From Daphnia carinata (taxonomy: Eukaryota), in contig NC_081333.1 in the NCBI RefSeq assembly GCF_022539665.2, forward strand, positions 2,480,001 through 2,544,000: a stretch of DNA of 64,000 bases, in the 5' to 3' direction. The notes below the pieces were generated by a model that saw nothing but the letters and a program-made list of their open reading frames with translations, did not search any database and was not told where the DNA came from. The translations under genes and the position numbers were made by a program. Positions 30,601 to 45,537 of this stretch are shown in pieces (within the stretch, counting starts at the first letter, position 1; the number at the start of each line of letters is the position of its first letter).

Positions 30601-31472
30601 ATTTACAACCGGGCCATCCGGAAGGAGCTGCGCCTCTGTCTCAGCTGCAGCGGCGGATTGAACACCAAGAAATGGCGCAACGTCAATCACTTTTACCATC
30701 ACGGAGGGAGCACCGGAGCCGGCCAAAGACGAGGATCCAAATGGTCCAATTACTCAGGTCTTTTTTTTTTTTTGAAATTAGCCAATCTTCTTTCTGTTAT
30801 AAAGTTTAATATTCAAATTGATCGATCTTAAACAAAATAGAATACGCAGCTCTTAGGCCAAGAGAAACATCAGCTGCTGCAACGGCGGCCGTTTCGGCGG
30901 CCGTAGCGGCCGCAGCAGCGGCCAGTACTGCCCAGCAAGGACTGACGGAATCATTGACGGCCCTGCAGGCTGGCATGAGTGACATCAAATCGATCCGCGT
31001 CCGGAAATCAAGCCAAGATTCCGGAGCTGTGATACCGAGCGACGATGAAGACGGTACGGGACACGCCAGGAGTTCCAGTCACGCGTCAGGTCATTCCAGT
31101 CAGAGCCATCACAGAGTGGAGCACAAATTATTGGCGTCTAATGCGCCGCACGCCGTGCCGTCCACAGCCGCAGCTGCCGTCGCCACCTGGAGGGCTTTCA
31201 ATCGACCCCGGATGGCCCTGGCTGTGTTGGCCGTTTCGCTCCAGCATATAGCAGCCCACTCGGATCATCTTCAGTATCATCGGCAACAGCAGGAAATCGA
31301 AGCTAAAATGAACGGCGCTACCATCCGTCCTGTAGAGGAAGATGAAGAAAAGCAGCCGGAAGAAGGCCAGCAACAGGTAGATGTCCCATTACAACCGGCC
31401 GTCCCTGTGCTCCCAGTAGCCGATGACGTCCGAACGTCGAGTCTCGACGAAGGCATCGAGCCGGATCGTTAA
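15941..31472 (+). CDS. GPR161: GPR161-like orphan class A GPCR; exons 15941-16209, 22783-22918, 23231-23277, 26051-26179, 27784-27953, 28129-28404, 30413-30757, 30841-31472
   Basis: Phase-compatible splicing gives a 7TM protein: LLTHPSNRLVFSVTLSNL, SSIKQQWIFGSVWC, AIALDRYFAIVRPMQYSRKMTRNRA, LPPLFGWS, ARTKCKRINFG, WLP and YPILYG. These match recalled GPR161 segments (SNKFVFSLTLSN, SSIRREWIFGVVWC, KITGNRA, LPPLFGWS, ARVKARKVHCG, HPLIYG). Confidence 0.85.
29392..29405. promoter_or_regulatory. Candidate RFX X-box in GPR161 intron 6
   Basis: GTTCCCTAGGCAAC is a near-palindrome with a perfect GGCAAC half-site. Confidence 0.35.
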
Positions 31473-33435
31473 AAAGAAGTATGTTTTATTTGGTGCGCAA
31501 TTCGAGGACAATGCAAGTACTTCATTTAGATGTTGACGTTTGGTCTTATTGTATCAAAAGCCATTCAACACAGACGGCAAACGAAAACAAAAAAAACAAC
31601 AACAAAAGACGCTCACACATCCGAAATCCTTGCCATACGCCATTCCCCCTTTTTACTTGTTGTTCGAGTGTGTGCGTGTGTTTTATTCCTTTGTTACGAC
31701 ATCAATCGTTTTTTTTTTTTTTTTTTTTTTTAAATTGGGATTTGTATTGTAATTTTGTTTATTCTCCTCATGTACTTTGTGTGAATGAAAATGGATATAC
31801 ATATATCATTCATGCGTTTTTTTATCAGGCCCATCCGAAACATTCGTTCACTATCGCCCGTATTTTCTCACGCTGGAGCAAACCGACAGTGTTTAAACGA
31901 TAACGGCGGACTAAAAGAAAAAAAAAAAAACACAACAAACAAAAATAAAAATAAGAAATCTATGTCTCCCCTTTGTCAACTGAGAAACTAGTCAAGCTCG
32001 ACGCTTTTGACTTATTTTTATACGTGGATTTTTTTTTTACAAGGAATCAAAGTTCAAAAAAAAAAAGAAACCATTTTTTTCTTTAATTAAAAAAAAACAA
32101 AAAAAAAAAAATGTTGGGTGATACGCGCGTTGTTTGTCTCTCGTTTATATTCCCTCCCCATCACCGTTTAGTAGACAAACGTACACTGAAAAAAAAAATC
32201 ACATCACACAACAAGAACAAAAATTGAAATTAAATCACGATCTATGTACGAATACGTAATCCCCTCTTTTCTTTTTGTAATGAGAAACGGACCTGAAAAA
32301 AGAAAAGTGAATACAAATTTTGGCTGGGTTCACCTTTCCTTGCGTGTTGCGTTTGAATTATTTTCTTGGTATTGTCATTTCACGCTATTATCCCCCCCCT
32401 CCGCCCGTAAAATAAGTCTGATGAAATAAGAAGAAAACATAATGTGAATACAGAGTTCAATGGCAGAGTGAAATGAAATGTCGTGCACACGAAAGAGTTT
32501 GAAAAAAAAATGAAGAAGAGAATCGATTTCAGACGACCTTTGTATTTATACTCAGCTCTATTATCAAAACTCCTTTCATTGACTCTTTTTTATTAGTTAT
32601 CATCATTTTTGTGTTAGTTATGTCTTTTTTTTTCTCTCTCTCTCTCTCTTGGCTGTTATTATAAAGGTAAAAAACAAAATCACTTAGTGGAAGATCGAAC
32701 ACAATCCCTAACGGACTGGCAGAGAAAACAGACATGGATTTGTTTCAAACTTTTGTTGTTGTCTTCTTCTTTTTTTTTTTTTTTCCCAGAGACTTCTGTT
32801 TTTTTTTCCACGGCACCGTTCCAAAAGCAAGAAGGGATCAATTAATTATTTTTTCGGTTAAGTTTCAATATTGAGAGGAGCCGGTTGCTATTTCAAAATT
32901 CTACAGCGCACTACGTCTAAGTTCTATCTTTCCCCCCTCAAAATAATAAAAAAAAATGGGGACAAATAAATTGCATGGCAAACTACAAAATGTTTCTTCA
33001 CCCCATTTCAACAATGAAAACTGCAAGGGAAACATCGTGTGTGCGCAAAAGGACAAACACTGCAACAATGTAAATGCTCCCGAGAGTGCCTCATCCGTCT
33101 CCTGTTTCTTTTTTTGAAGTCTTCTAGATTCCCTTTTTTGCTTAGCTGGAAGTTGAGTCACGGGAAAGGATAGAGAAGCAAACAACTTACCTTTTTCTTT
33201 AACGTGGGGTTGTTGTTGTGTTGAATTCAAGGAAGTTACTCTCTGCTCATCGATTAATACACAGCACGACCGTGGATAATTTCTTTTTTTTTTTTTCTCC
33301 AAACAAACAAAGTCAAGCATGTGAAGGGAATGGGAGGGAGGGGGGGGGAAGGGATCTCATGTAGCTCAAGGAGGGAAGGGAGCTAACGGGTAGAAGTGGG
33401 AGGGATGTGGAGGAAAGACTTGGCGACGGCTGCAG

Positions 33436-34820
33436 CTAGTTCTCGGGAGGTCGGAGCTCTTTGATTTGTTTTATAAGGTAAGCCTTTTCATCATTGAACT
33501 GCTCGTCTTCAGACCGATCCGTGTGGAACTTGGTCAGGAACTCGACCAGTTTCTCCTGATTGCGAAGCAAGATATCCAGAATGGGCTTAGGCTTGTTAGG
33601 GTTGGCCACAAACACTTTGAAGACGTGGAAGGCTTCAAATTGGATGTTACGCGACTTCTCTTTAAGCATGTTCATCATCAGCTTCAAGTTGTCCGGATTA
33701 GAAATATACCGAGTCATAACCTATAGATGTCCACGGAAACCAAACAACGAATGGAATCTTCAACTCTCATCAAAAGGCAATTAAATCGATTACGCACCGT
33801 GAAGTTGTGACGATCGAGAAGTAGTTCACCGAGAAGTTTTAAGCTTTGTCGGCGAGTCACGTAGTTCTCGGAGTTAAGTAGCCCCTGATAGTGGGCAAAA
33901 ACTTTGTCGTAGTTGGCTTCCAGGAACTCGGCGCACAGAATTTTGTGCTTAGTTAACAGCTCCTGCGTGATACAATAACCATGGCCATTGTTATGAATTT
34001 CTGCACAATGCGAAATGCGAACGTAATTATAAATCGATCAGTTTAAACCATGCCTTGAAAGTCGAAAAGGCGTCTGAGGCGATGTCAAACGTAGATACTT
34101 CAACGAATTTAAAAAAATGGTAAAATTCCTCAGAATAGAGGAGAATTTTGGCGAGGGCCTCATATCGGGCACATTCCCGTAGCATCGTTCCGCAATTTAA
34201 AGCGATATCCTGATGCTCATATCTAGTGTGGGTCAAGGTATAAAACTGTACGCCCAAACTAAATGATTTCCACACATTTTTTGGTAATTTACCCTTGCAC
34301 AAGCGTGAAAAGTATTTCTGGCCGCGTGCATATATATTCCACCGTTGGAGAACGTGTACCAATTTGCCGCCTAAGAATGTTGTTGAAAATTTGCGCCACA
34401 TCTTTTTTCCCCTATAAAAATAAAGTTTTTTTTGTAAGGCTAGAAGATTTAACTGAAATACCATGCTACAATACAAACCTCAAAATCAACACGGGAAAGA
34501 TGCTGAATGAGGTGCACTAGCAATCCAGAGTTGTACAGTTCCTGTGACAGCTGAGCGACAACAATGTCAGTTTGTGGTTCACTGTCTGAGGTACCATAAA
34601 GCATGTTCTTGATTAAGAGCAAATTTTTGCTCACATCTTCCTGGGCCTGTATTTCATCAGTAAACAAATATTTGTTTGGTCACGATAACACAAAAATGGG
34701 CAATAATTCGCTACCAACCTTTTCAATCTTTTTGTCACCCTTCTCTAATGAGAGCATAGCCTCCTTTAATGCTTTCACAACCTCAGCAGGTGACTTCTGT
34801 GATTTTCCAAATAAAGGCAT
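33436..34820 (-). CDS. CAB39: MO25 / calcium-binding protein 39, multi-exon
   Basis: [95 protein letters not shown] and [18 protein letters not shown]. Confidence 0.98.
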
Positions 34821-35939
34821 CTTGATCATAGTGATAGTTGTTTTTGGTGCAGGTTGAAACTAAAACAGAATTCCTGAAGAAAAAATTGTATCAAATAATT
34901 AGTTTTGATTCTATGTTCCTGCACTGTAACTGAGAGACAGTTGTGTAACAAAATAACAATAGCGAAAATAATAAAATGGATTCCTTTTCAAACAAGAAAT
35001 TCGGGTTTATCGACTCATTAGGTTTACCTTGACGTTCACCTAACAGGAAAAAGATTGTGTGTTGAACGAATCAAAACGTATTTTGCATCACTGACTAAGC
35101 GAGTTAACGTTGGGCTGAAAAGGTTCCCCCTATTTTCTGAAAATTTTTAGAACTCCCCAGAATAAACGTGATATGTTCTCTGGAATGAAAAACAGAAAAA
35201 TTTCCACTAACAATCTTCACGTCGTTAAACTAACCTGTCAGGTAAAAACCCCACTACTGCGCCATCTATCATTGATCTGTTTAACTTAATGACGAAACTG
35301 CGACACCATCTTCGTTCGGAAGCTGTGACTTGTTGGAAAACTAGCCATCGGTAGCAGAATTGGAAGTTGCTTATACATCACCAGGCAGCAGTTCACTGTT
35401 CAGTAAATCTTTAATGTATAAGCCCAGTAGTTACAGCTGCGTTACAATGTATTTAACAAGGGACGACAGACACACACAAAACAAGTTCCCTTTCAACTTT
35501 ATTGCCTAGCGAATCCTCTATTGCTCACGTAAAACACATCTCAAACAGCCTATTGCAGATATGCATGCTAGCTGACCAACAATGTGATAGGTATGTAAAT
35601 AATATGTAAATGAACACAATCTGTAAACAAGCAAGACAAATGTGTACATACACCTCTTTTATGCCACATTATTATACACATTGGATAAAATTTTTATTCA
35701 ATCCCAATGATCCAAACCAAGTGGGCTAAAACAGATATGTAACAAGAATTTGTTAAAGGCAGCTGGCACTTAAACATGTGTAGTGTACAGCATGTGGCAT
35801 TGAGTATGCTGCTTGGGATTGTGTTTGCATATCCTATTTGGAAATTAAGTATCATATTGTCTTCAAGTAACATTGGCTTTATCTCTACTATGTAGTGTTG
35901 GAAGCTCTTATACTTAAGACATGTTACTCTCAATGTTTC

Positions 35940-36580
35940 AGTGAACTGAGAAAGCTGTTGATCTTAACAGCAGTCCCTTGACATACCGCCAATGTCCGCC
36001 AAAAACAGATTCATTATGCGTTTGAAGACATTGGCCGAAGCTTTGTTCTAGGTTTCGGAGTTCCTTCTCCTGTAAACCACATCATTCCAGGTGTGAAAAA
36101 CCAACAAATTTAAAAAACAATTGAACAGGTAAATCTTGAACGTTTTCTTCTGGCCAACATCTATATGTTTTTCGTTCCTTTTGTTATTGATGCCCGTTGC
36201 ATGTCCGAACAGACCTATTATTTGTAACTGGAGAGCCTATGGTTCAACCGCAGCCAATTTTCAAATTCTGCATGGAGCTCTTGTTGGCGGGCCGACAAAA
36301 ACGACCTCTACGTGAATGTTAGGGACCACTATGTTGTAAACGAGGTAACCTTTGATTACTATGTGGGCTTCCAGACGTCGGTAACTGCTCTAAAATAATT
36401 GGCTTTAAAGTAGGTTGCAGATTGTAAAGATACACAAAAATAGAAGCTATAAGGCGAAAATTTTGAACTTCCAACGAAAAATATCAGCAAATATCTAAAA
36501 AGAAAAAAGGTAACTTTTCTAGTTTCTATCTTCGATGCAGAATCTGTTGTGTTTCTCGTTCGTTACATCGTTTGGTGGTT
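35940..36580 (+). pseudogene. Decayed duplicate of the last two exons and 3' UTR of the GH9 gene
   Basis: Aligns by eye to about 44195-44840. Examples: catacCGCCAAT..CAGATTCATTATGCG..GGCCGAAGCTTTGTT, CATGTCCGAACAGACCT, GGAGCTCTTGTTGGCGGGCCGAC and CGTTCGTTACATCG. It carries indels, the last acceptor AG is lost, and there is no upstream catalytic half. Confidence 0.88.
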
Positions 36581-37862
36581 CCGTCGAACTTGGGGAGAAT
36601 GCAACTTATTTCATTTGAAAGTATTTCTTTAATCTCGGGGAAAAAACACACTGAAATTTTAAATTATTTTTTATATACCGCAGGATTTAAAAGTATAAAA
36701 CAAATTAAAACTGAAACGTTACAAATATTCTTGATCTCCACTGCTTTGTAAACCAAGAAATCGTTTATTTAATTATTTCTGTTCTAAAGAACAAATAGAA
36801 AAAAGAATTTCTTGTCAACAGATGGATCTTCGGCGCGAAAGAAATTTGTATGAAGAAAGTAAAAAATCTTCGCCAACAGACGGCCAGCCATTCCACTTCT
36901 AGGGATATTACCCTATTTAGGGGGATTTAAGGAAAATTTTTGGAATCTAGGGTGCAGTTATGGAAATCTAGGGTTTCTGGGATTATCCAGGGTCTATTTA
37001 ATTTTCTGGGGATTTCTCGGGATTTTGAGATTTTTGGCCAAACCGCTGTTGCTTTTGGCGCTTCTATGCAACTTCAAAAGTAAAATGTTCCTCAATAAGA
37101 GCCACCAAGCGGACAATGGTGAACGGTACGCTTTTCAGAAAGTAACACTGACTAGGATACACCACGAACTCCATTTGATCCTCCAAACGTCTGTGCCAAA
37201 CATATCGCACGCCGAATTTTTTAAGACTCAAGTCTCCGACTGAATTTCTGACAAGCACTTGACCCAATTGCAAAAGCTGGGGAGAGTTCCTTGAATATAT
37301 ACGTAGGAATTACGAATCTATTTTGTTCAACCATGATGAACAATTTGTTGTTGAGACATGATGAACCCGAGGCCTCTCACACAATTTTGTTATCTAGGTG
37401 AACAACACACTGTTCATTGGGAAACGCTGTGATTCTCTTGAGGCTTTATAACGTTGAAAGTTCGATGACAATTATTTTTGGAAAAAACCATATCTTTATT
37501 GCTTAACTAAACAAATATGATGGGGCAATCCGATGGTTTTATTTCCATAGCCAATTTAAATTTTTCTGGTAACTTGTTTGGCTTTGACGGGCACTGGTTA
37601 ATTGCTTTAAAAATGTGTTCGATTTAATACTGTTCTAAAATAAATAAAATGGGTTATTTTATTTTTTTTATTTACATTTATAAAAATAATAAAAAAAAAT
37701 TTGAAGCAATGGTGTCTATAAGAACCGAACACGGACAGTCGACGTATGATCTCAGTGCTATACCACAGCGCCCTACCACAGCGCGACAACACTATTAGTC
37801 ACATATTATATAGCTCCGGTATTAGAACGAAGGTCGATGAAAAATAAATTTGTTTGAGATGT

Positions 37863-37935
37863 GCGGTCCTGGCACAGTGGTTACCACCTTCGCTTCGCAT
37901 TCTGAAGGCCCCGGGTTCAAGTCCCGACACCGCCA
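37863..37935 (+). pseudogene. tRNA-like sequence (CGC in anticodon position); pseudo-tRNA or SINE head
   Basis: A-box TGGCACAGTGG, T-arm CCGGG-TTCAAGT-CCCGA and a partial acceptor stem GCGGT/ACCGC. The acceptor and anticodon stems are mismatched. Confidence 0.65.
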
Positions 37936-40900
37936 ATTTCCCCCCTCCCTTTCCCTCCAAATCTTCATTCAAGATACGCAAGATTCATCGGATTACGCAA
38001 GCTTCTACAACAGATCAAGACGCAAGATTCTACGCCTTCAAGAAAGAAAAAAAAAGAGAGAAAACAAGAAGAAAGAAAAAAAGGAGAGAGAAAAGAAAAG
38101 AGAAAAAAGAAGAGCCATGCCTACTATAAAGGGGCTAAATGGCACACCAAAAAAAGCCTTGTCAGGCTAAAAATGACAAAAAATAGCCTTGCCAGGCTAA
38201 AAATCGATCTGTAGTACTGTTCACTACCTTGAAGATCGAACCACAAACTGAAAGGTAGAGAAGAGGTGATCGTTGAACGTAGGCTGTTCGTTAGCCTCCC
38301 GGCCTGAAAGACGGCTCGTGGATGCAGGCAGCTTATCATCGGGATATGTGACCCAATTCGCTACCCGTAAGTTTTTGTTGTCTTTTGCTTTGTATCTAAA
38401 TTTTAGTATCTAGTTGTTGATGAAGTTCAAGCGTGGAGTGAGTGAGTGAAGCGAAGAGTGGTTTTGTAAGTAGCTGTATGTATGTTTTGTAAGTGGTTTT
38501 GTAAGTGCAAATAGAGAATGTTTATATTATATATATTATATTATTATATGGTAATATTGAGAATATAGAGAATGTTGGGTAAGCTGGCCACGCGCGGCGC
38601 TAGTCATTGGTTCCACTTTCCACTGTTTTTCCCACACATTTCAATTCTGCATTCGTTACCAAACAGTGGAAAGGAATCTCCTAAAGCTCGGTTGGGGTAT
38701 TACGCCCCTCTGGCAATGCAGTTTTAGGTACCTCCGCGCTGGAGGTATTGCGCGCTGACAGGCCGTTATTATAGTAGGCCATGTGAGTATGCCATGAAAG
38801 TAACAGGGATTTTTCTGGGGCTTTTATTTTTTTAAAATAGGGATTTATGTCCCCAGTCTGGCAACGTTCTAGGGATACCACTTTGCGGAAAGTGGAAACA
38901 CTGCAGACGGCTCTCACGTCCGTCGCCATTCGGGTCAGTTTTCAACGCGGGCGAAGGAGGGGTGATTAGCATTTTGCACACGTTCTTTTCGAATTTAGCG
39001 TTGCTGGAACCAATCCTACCTTGTCAACAAATGTTCTGAGCAAAGAAGTCCTATGTAAATTAACATAGATTCTATTCCTTTCCCTTATTTTAATGTGGTA
39101 AAAGTTTGGTTAGAGTTTTCTAGAGTTTCATGCAAGTGTATGGGTATTTTGTTATAGATGGAAGTCAAATTGTAACACATTTTGATCCAAATGTTTTAAT
39201 TCGATTTTGTTAAAGTTAACTTTTATTAGATAATTTTAATTAAAGAAAAGAAATTTAAGTTTTACTTTTTTCTTCCTTAAGGTATTTACATTTGTGATTC
39301 AACAGAAGTTTAATGGAAAAGCTATGCAGTAGGAGAATTTAAGCTGATAGCCCATGAGAGATACAGAAACGGAGTTGTTTGACTACATTGGTGATGGTAA
39401 CAATCATTCTGCCTTTATTGATGTACACAGCTGAAACTGGAACCAATTTATTTTGCAGTTGCAACATGTTGTGGCTGTAGAATTTTTATATAGATAATTA
39501 CCACAGTTTGGTTCTAGGATGCCTACTGGTGGTTGTTATCTGATTTGTCCAATGGATGTGGTGTTTCAATCCAATGAGTCTTGTTTGTTGTCAAAGTGAG
39601 TTACCTCTAGAATATTTATTGTGATTATAGAATAATCCAAATGAAACAGGATATTACTGTTGGTTTAAAGGTGTAATATGTGAGGGAACCAGCAACAAAG
39701 GCGTTTCTGGAAGAACCCATTGTGGAAAGCCATCTTACTACCTTACTATTTAACCATTTCTGTAAGTCAATTCCAAAAACACAAGTTGATTAATAGGTTT
39801 TTTTTTGTCACATACTATTTTCATCTATGTTGTTTTACAAATGTTAGTGTGTTGCTGATGTAACAACCCTGATAAAGATTGAACTTCAAAGTGGCAGACT
39901 GTTGGCGATGTTGCAGAAATCTAAGAGGTAAATATTTATATTAAATATACAGCATTCGTCTGGTAGCATCTGCAGAGAAAGTTATTTGAACGAACTGACG
40001 AAAACACTAGCATTTCGCTTCGGGATTTTTGTCGACCTCTGCCATCAAGTGCAGTACCGTGCATCACATTGTCTGGTAATGTGACTGGATGTGTACAAGA
40101 AAGGAGAATTTCTCCAATTTTGCCGCAAGTTTCTTTTCGTAGAACGAACGAAGGTGCATTCTGGTTCAGGAGGTCGCCTTCGCGTATCATCTGCTTTTGG
40201 TTTGTCGCAATCACGGTTTGGTTTATCGTAATTTTCAGTAACAGAATATTTGTTTTTGTTTTAAAAAAAGCGCGAAAGTCGTTGTTTTTGTTTACAGGCA
40301 TTAATCTTTTTTTCCCTCGAACTTTTGTTTCCAAAATCAGAAACTTTTTAACGTACTTTCTTTTTGAATAGGTTAGATCCTAGCTATCAAATTGAATTCC
40401 TTCAAGTATTGTTTAAAGGAGTAGCAAGAGGTTGATTGTCACATTCAACACTCGTTTGTTAAATCGCTCGAACAAAACGAAGTCATTCTACCAGATGCAT
40501 TAACGCGGGAAATCCCATTACGACCGCCAAATCCCAATATACGGTTGATGGAGGTATTCTGACCTCGATGCAGTTATTCTAATTCCGTCATTTGCTTTTT
40601 AATGCTTACTTTCCAGTAATTTATTGCGATGACACCAATTACTACTCCAACTTACCGAAGATTCTATTTCGAAAACAACTATCACGCGCTTTTTACCCTC
40701 TGATGCACTTGTCTCAAGTAAATTGGTAATATTTTACTTTCGCTTTCCTTCTAATGGCATAACTTGGGTAAATCCCATTTTTTTAAATTTAGGGAGCTTG
40801 ATAAAAGGCTGGCTAAAGGTTCCTATAGTGGCCAAAGCACATATTAGGATTTCAGAAAAAGCTCGCGTCGTGTCAACGACGTTGGAGAACCTTTAGCTGA

Positions 40901-41529
40901 TTTCCATTCAAATTCCTCAACCACTTGGTCATTGTTTTGTTATTCTACGTCATCTTCGTCGATCTCCCGGTTTTATTCGAGCTACCTGAAACAACAATGT
41001 CGACTTCCAACACTACGGTACCGGTGGTAGGGGCAACACTTGGTCAGTTTCCCAGTCAATTGGCTGACTTTTCCATCATCTTCAGTGCATTCTCTCAGAC
41101 AGCACAGCCGCGTTCTCATCCCATTCGCCCATCGCCAATCATTTTTTCGACAACTGGTAAAACAAAATTTCATGTTTTGATGCCCAGAATTTTTATGTAA
41201 AAGGGATCTAACAAAGCTGTTTGTTATCCACTGCTCTAAAAAAACGTGGTATCACCAGCTTGTGGAAGCCTGGCTCAGCAAATTGTTGCTTCGTTCTACA
41301 CTTGCAAGCTTGTATTAATGGGGGTAATGTTTGCACGGAATAACTTGAACCTTGCATGGTGAGCTCTATAGATAGCGTTGCGGCTGTTCAGTACCAAATC
41401 GCCAGTATGCTCCGGTATTCGACACATCTTATAGCGCTTATCCATTGGCAAGATTTCTATTTACCAGAGCGCTCTGGCGATAAGATAAATAATATAACAC
41501 AAAATAAAAATAAAGGTATTTGTACAATT

Positions 41530-41830
41530 ATCTAAAATCCCTATTACGACCTTAACCACAAGCCTGGAAGATGGATAGAACTTTTTTCCCTATACTTTCA
41601 AGCCTTAACTGTGTACATTATTGCTCCTGTAGCCACGTATAAAGTAAAACATAAAAAAAAAAAAAATTGTTATTTGAACAGGTTTGGGACGCTCCGTCGA
41701 TTTTGACGAGTACAATGCAATGCCAGCTGTGCAACGTCTGCTCTGCGACAGTCAAATGGGTCACCTGGGATGAAAACATGTGCACATAGTTCCGGTAAGT
41801 AGCGTGCAATTGCAGTTCGATTTATCAACG
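41530..41830 (+). pseudogene. Decayed copy of the CBM2 exons (exon 2, intron, exon 3) of the GH9 gene
   Basis: ctaaaatccctattacgacc..TGGAAGATGGA..CTTTCAAGC parallels about 42150-42225, with a frameshift. AGGTTTGGGACGCTcCGTCGA..TGCAAT..GCAAcGTC parallels 42290-42350. Confidence 0.75.
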
Positions 41831-41945
41831 TCCTGGTTGTAATGGTAAAATCAGGATTTAAACTTGTACAGTTATCGGACATCACTTGAAGTATAAAGGT
41901 TTAGTAAATAGCGCTGGCAAACAACAATCAGGCAATTCATAGAAA

Positions 41946-44701
<2,756 letters not shown>

Positions 44702-45476
44702 ATAACTGATTGCAACGATACACGTAAAGAAAATTATGAAGCGATATTTTAAAGCTTTCAACGGAAAACGCTAGCAACTGTTGTTTCGGAATTTGATGCA
44801 GAATTTGACGTGTTCGCGTTCGTTACATCGCTTGGTAGCTTCAAATATTTTAGATAATTAGATTAAGCATTCTCACAAAAATGGGTACAAATAGCTCTTT
44901 TCCAAACGAAATAAAACCTGGATGCCCAACGTTGTTTTTGTTTACTAGATGTTGCATATGATAACGGGTCGAACATGGTTAGGATGTAGCTTAATTAACA
45001 AAGCATTGCCAGTTTACAATATAATTTTTCTTATATGCGACAGGTTGAAAATGTAAAAAGAAAAAAAATTTTAACTGCGAACTGTTGTAATTATTCTTGG
45101 CCTTCATTAGTTAGTAAACAAAAACAATCGTTCATTTTTAGCTCCGAAGCTTTTTAGCTTTTAAGCGTAAACATGGCGGGCTTCTGTGTATGATTTCCAA
45201 CTAATTGCAAAAGAGGTCGGTTTTTCGCAGATGTTTAGAAAAATGAGAAGGGTGTAGCCTACTCACTTTTTCATTTTTCTGAAAAAATATATACCTTATG
45301 GCATATGGCAATCCGTTTTACATAAAAAAAAAAAAAAAAAAAAAAAATGTCGGAAAAAAAAATCGCACTTTTTTCTTTTTTTCCGACACGTAGCCATCTA
45401 CCGCTCAGACTCGTTATTACTGGCGTAGGCAATTTCAGTCCATTGGATGCCATTTGCAGTTAGTTCAGTAGCGCAG

Positions 45477-45537
45477 CAGCCACGCGTTATTCTCCATCCA
45501 GGAGAATAACTCCATCCAGGAGAATAACGCGTGGCTG
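45477..45537. repeat. Perfect 19-bp inverted repeat with an internal 18-bp tandem duplication
   Basis: CAGCCACGCGTTATTCTCC ... GGAGAATAACGCGTGGCTG, with CTCCATCCAGGAGAATAA present twice. Confidence 0.9.

Larger units (their letters stand above)
6400..33400. repeat. Dense poly(A)/poly(T) runs and (CA)n/(GA)n microsatellites across the GPCR locus
   Basis: Examples: (GA)n near 9478, 13701 (CT) and 30008; (CA)n near 14665; T runs of 20 nt or more near 7677, 16448, 24546 and 27583. Confidence 0.85.

Noticed and set aside
36890..37500. Degenerate GGGATT/CTAGGG repeats and a 69-aa minus-strand ORF
   Set aside because: Possibly a MITE end plus a gene fragment, but I found no partner terminus or recognisable motif.
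38580..40420. CpG-poor region with splice-like signals and scattered Cys codons
   Set aside because: May be another decayed transposon, but I could not identify termini or a diagnostic motif.
44975..45020. GGATGTAGCTTAATTAACAAAGCA resembling a tRNA 5' half
   Set aside because: No anticodon arm, T-arm or acceptor partner.
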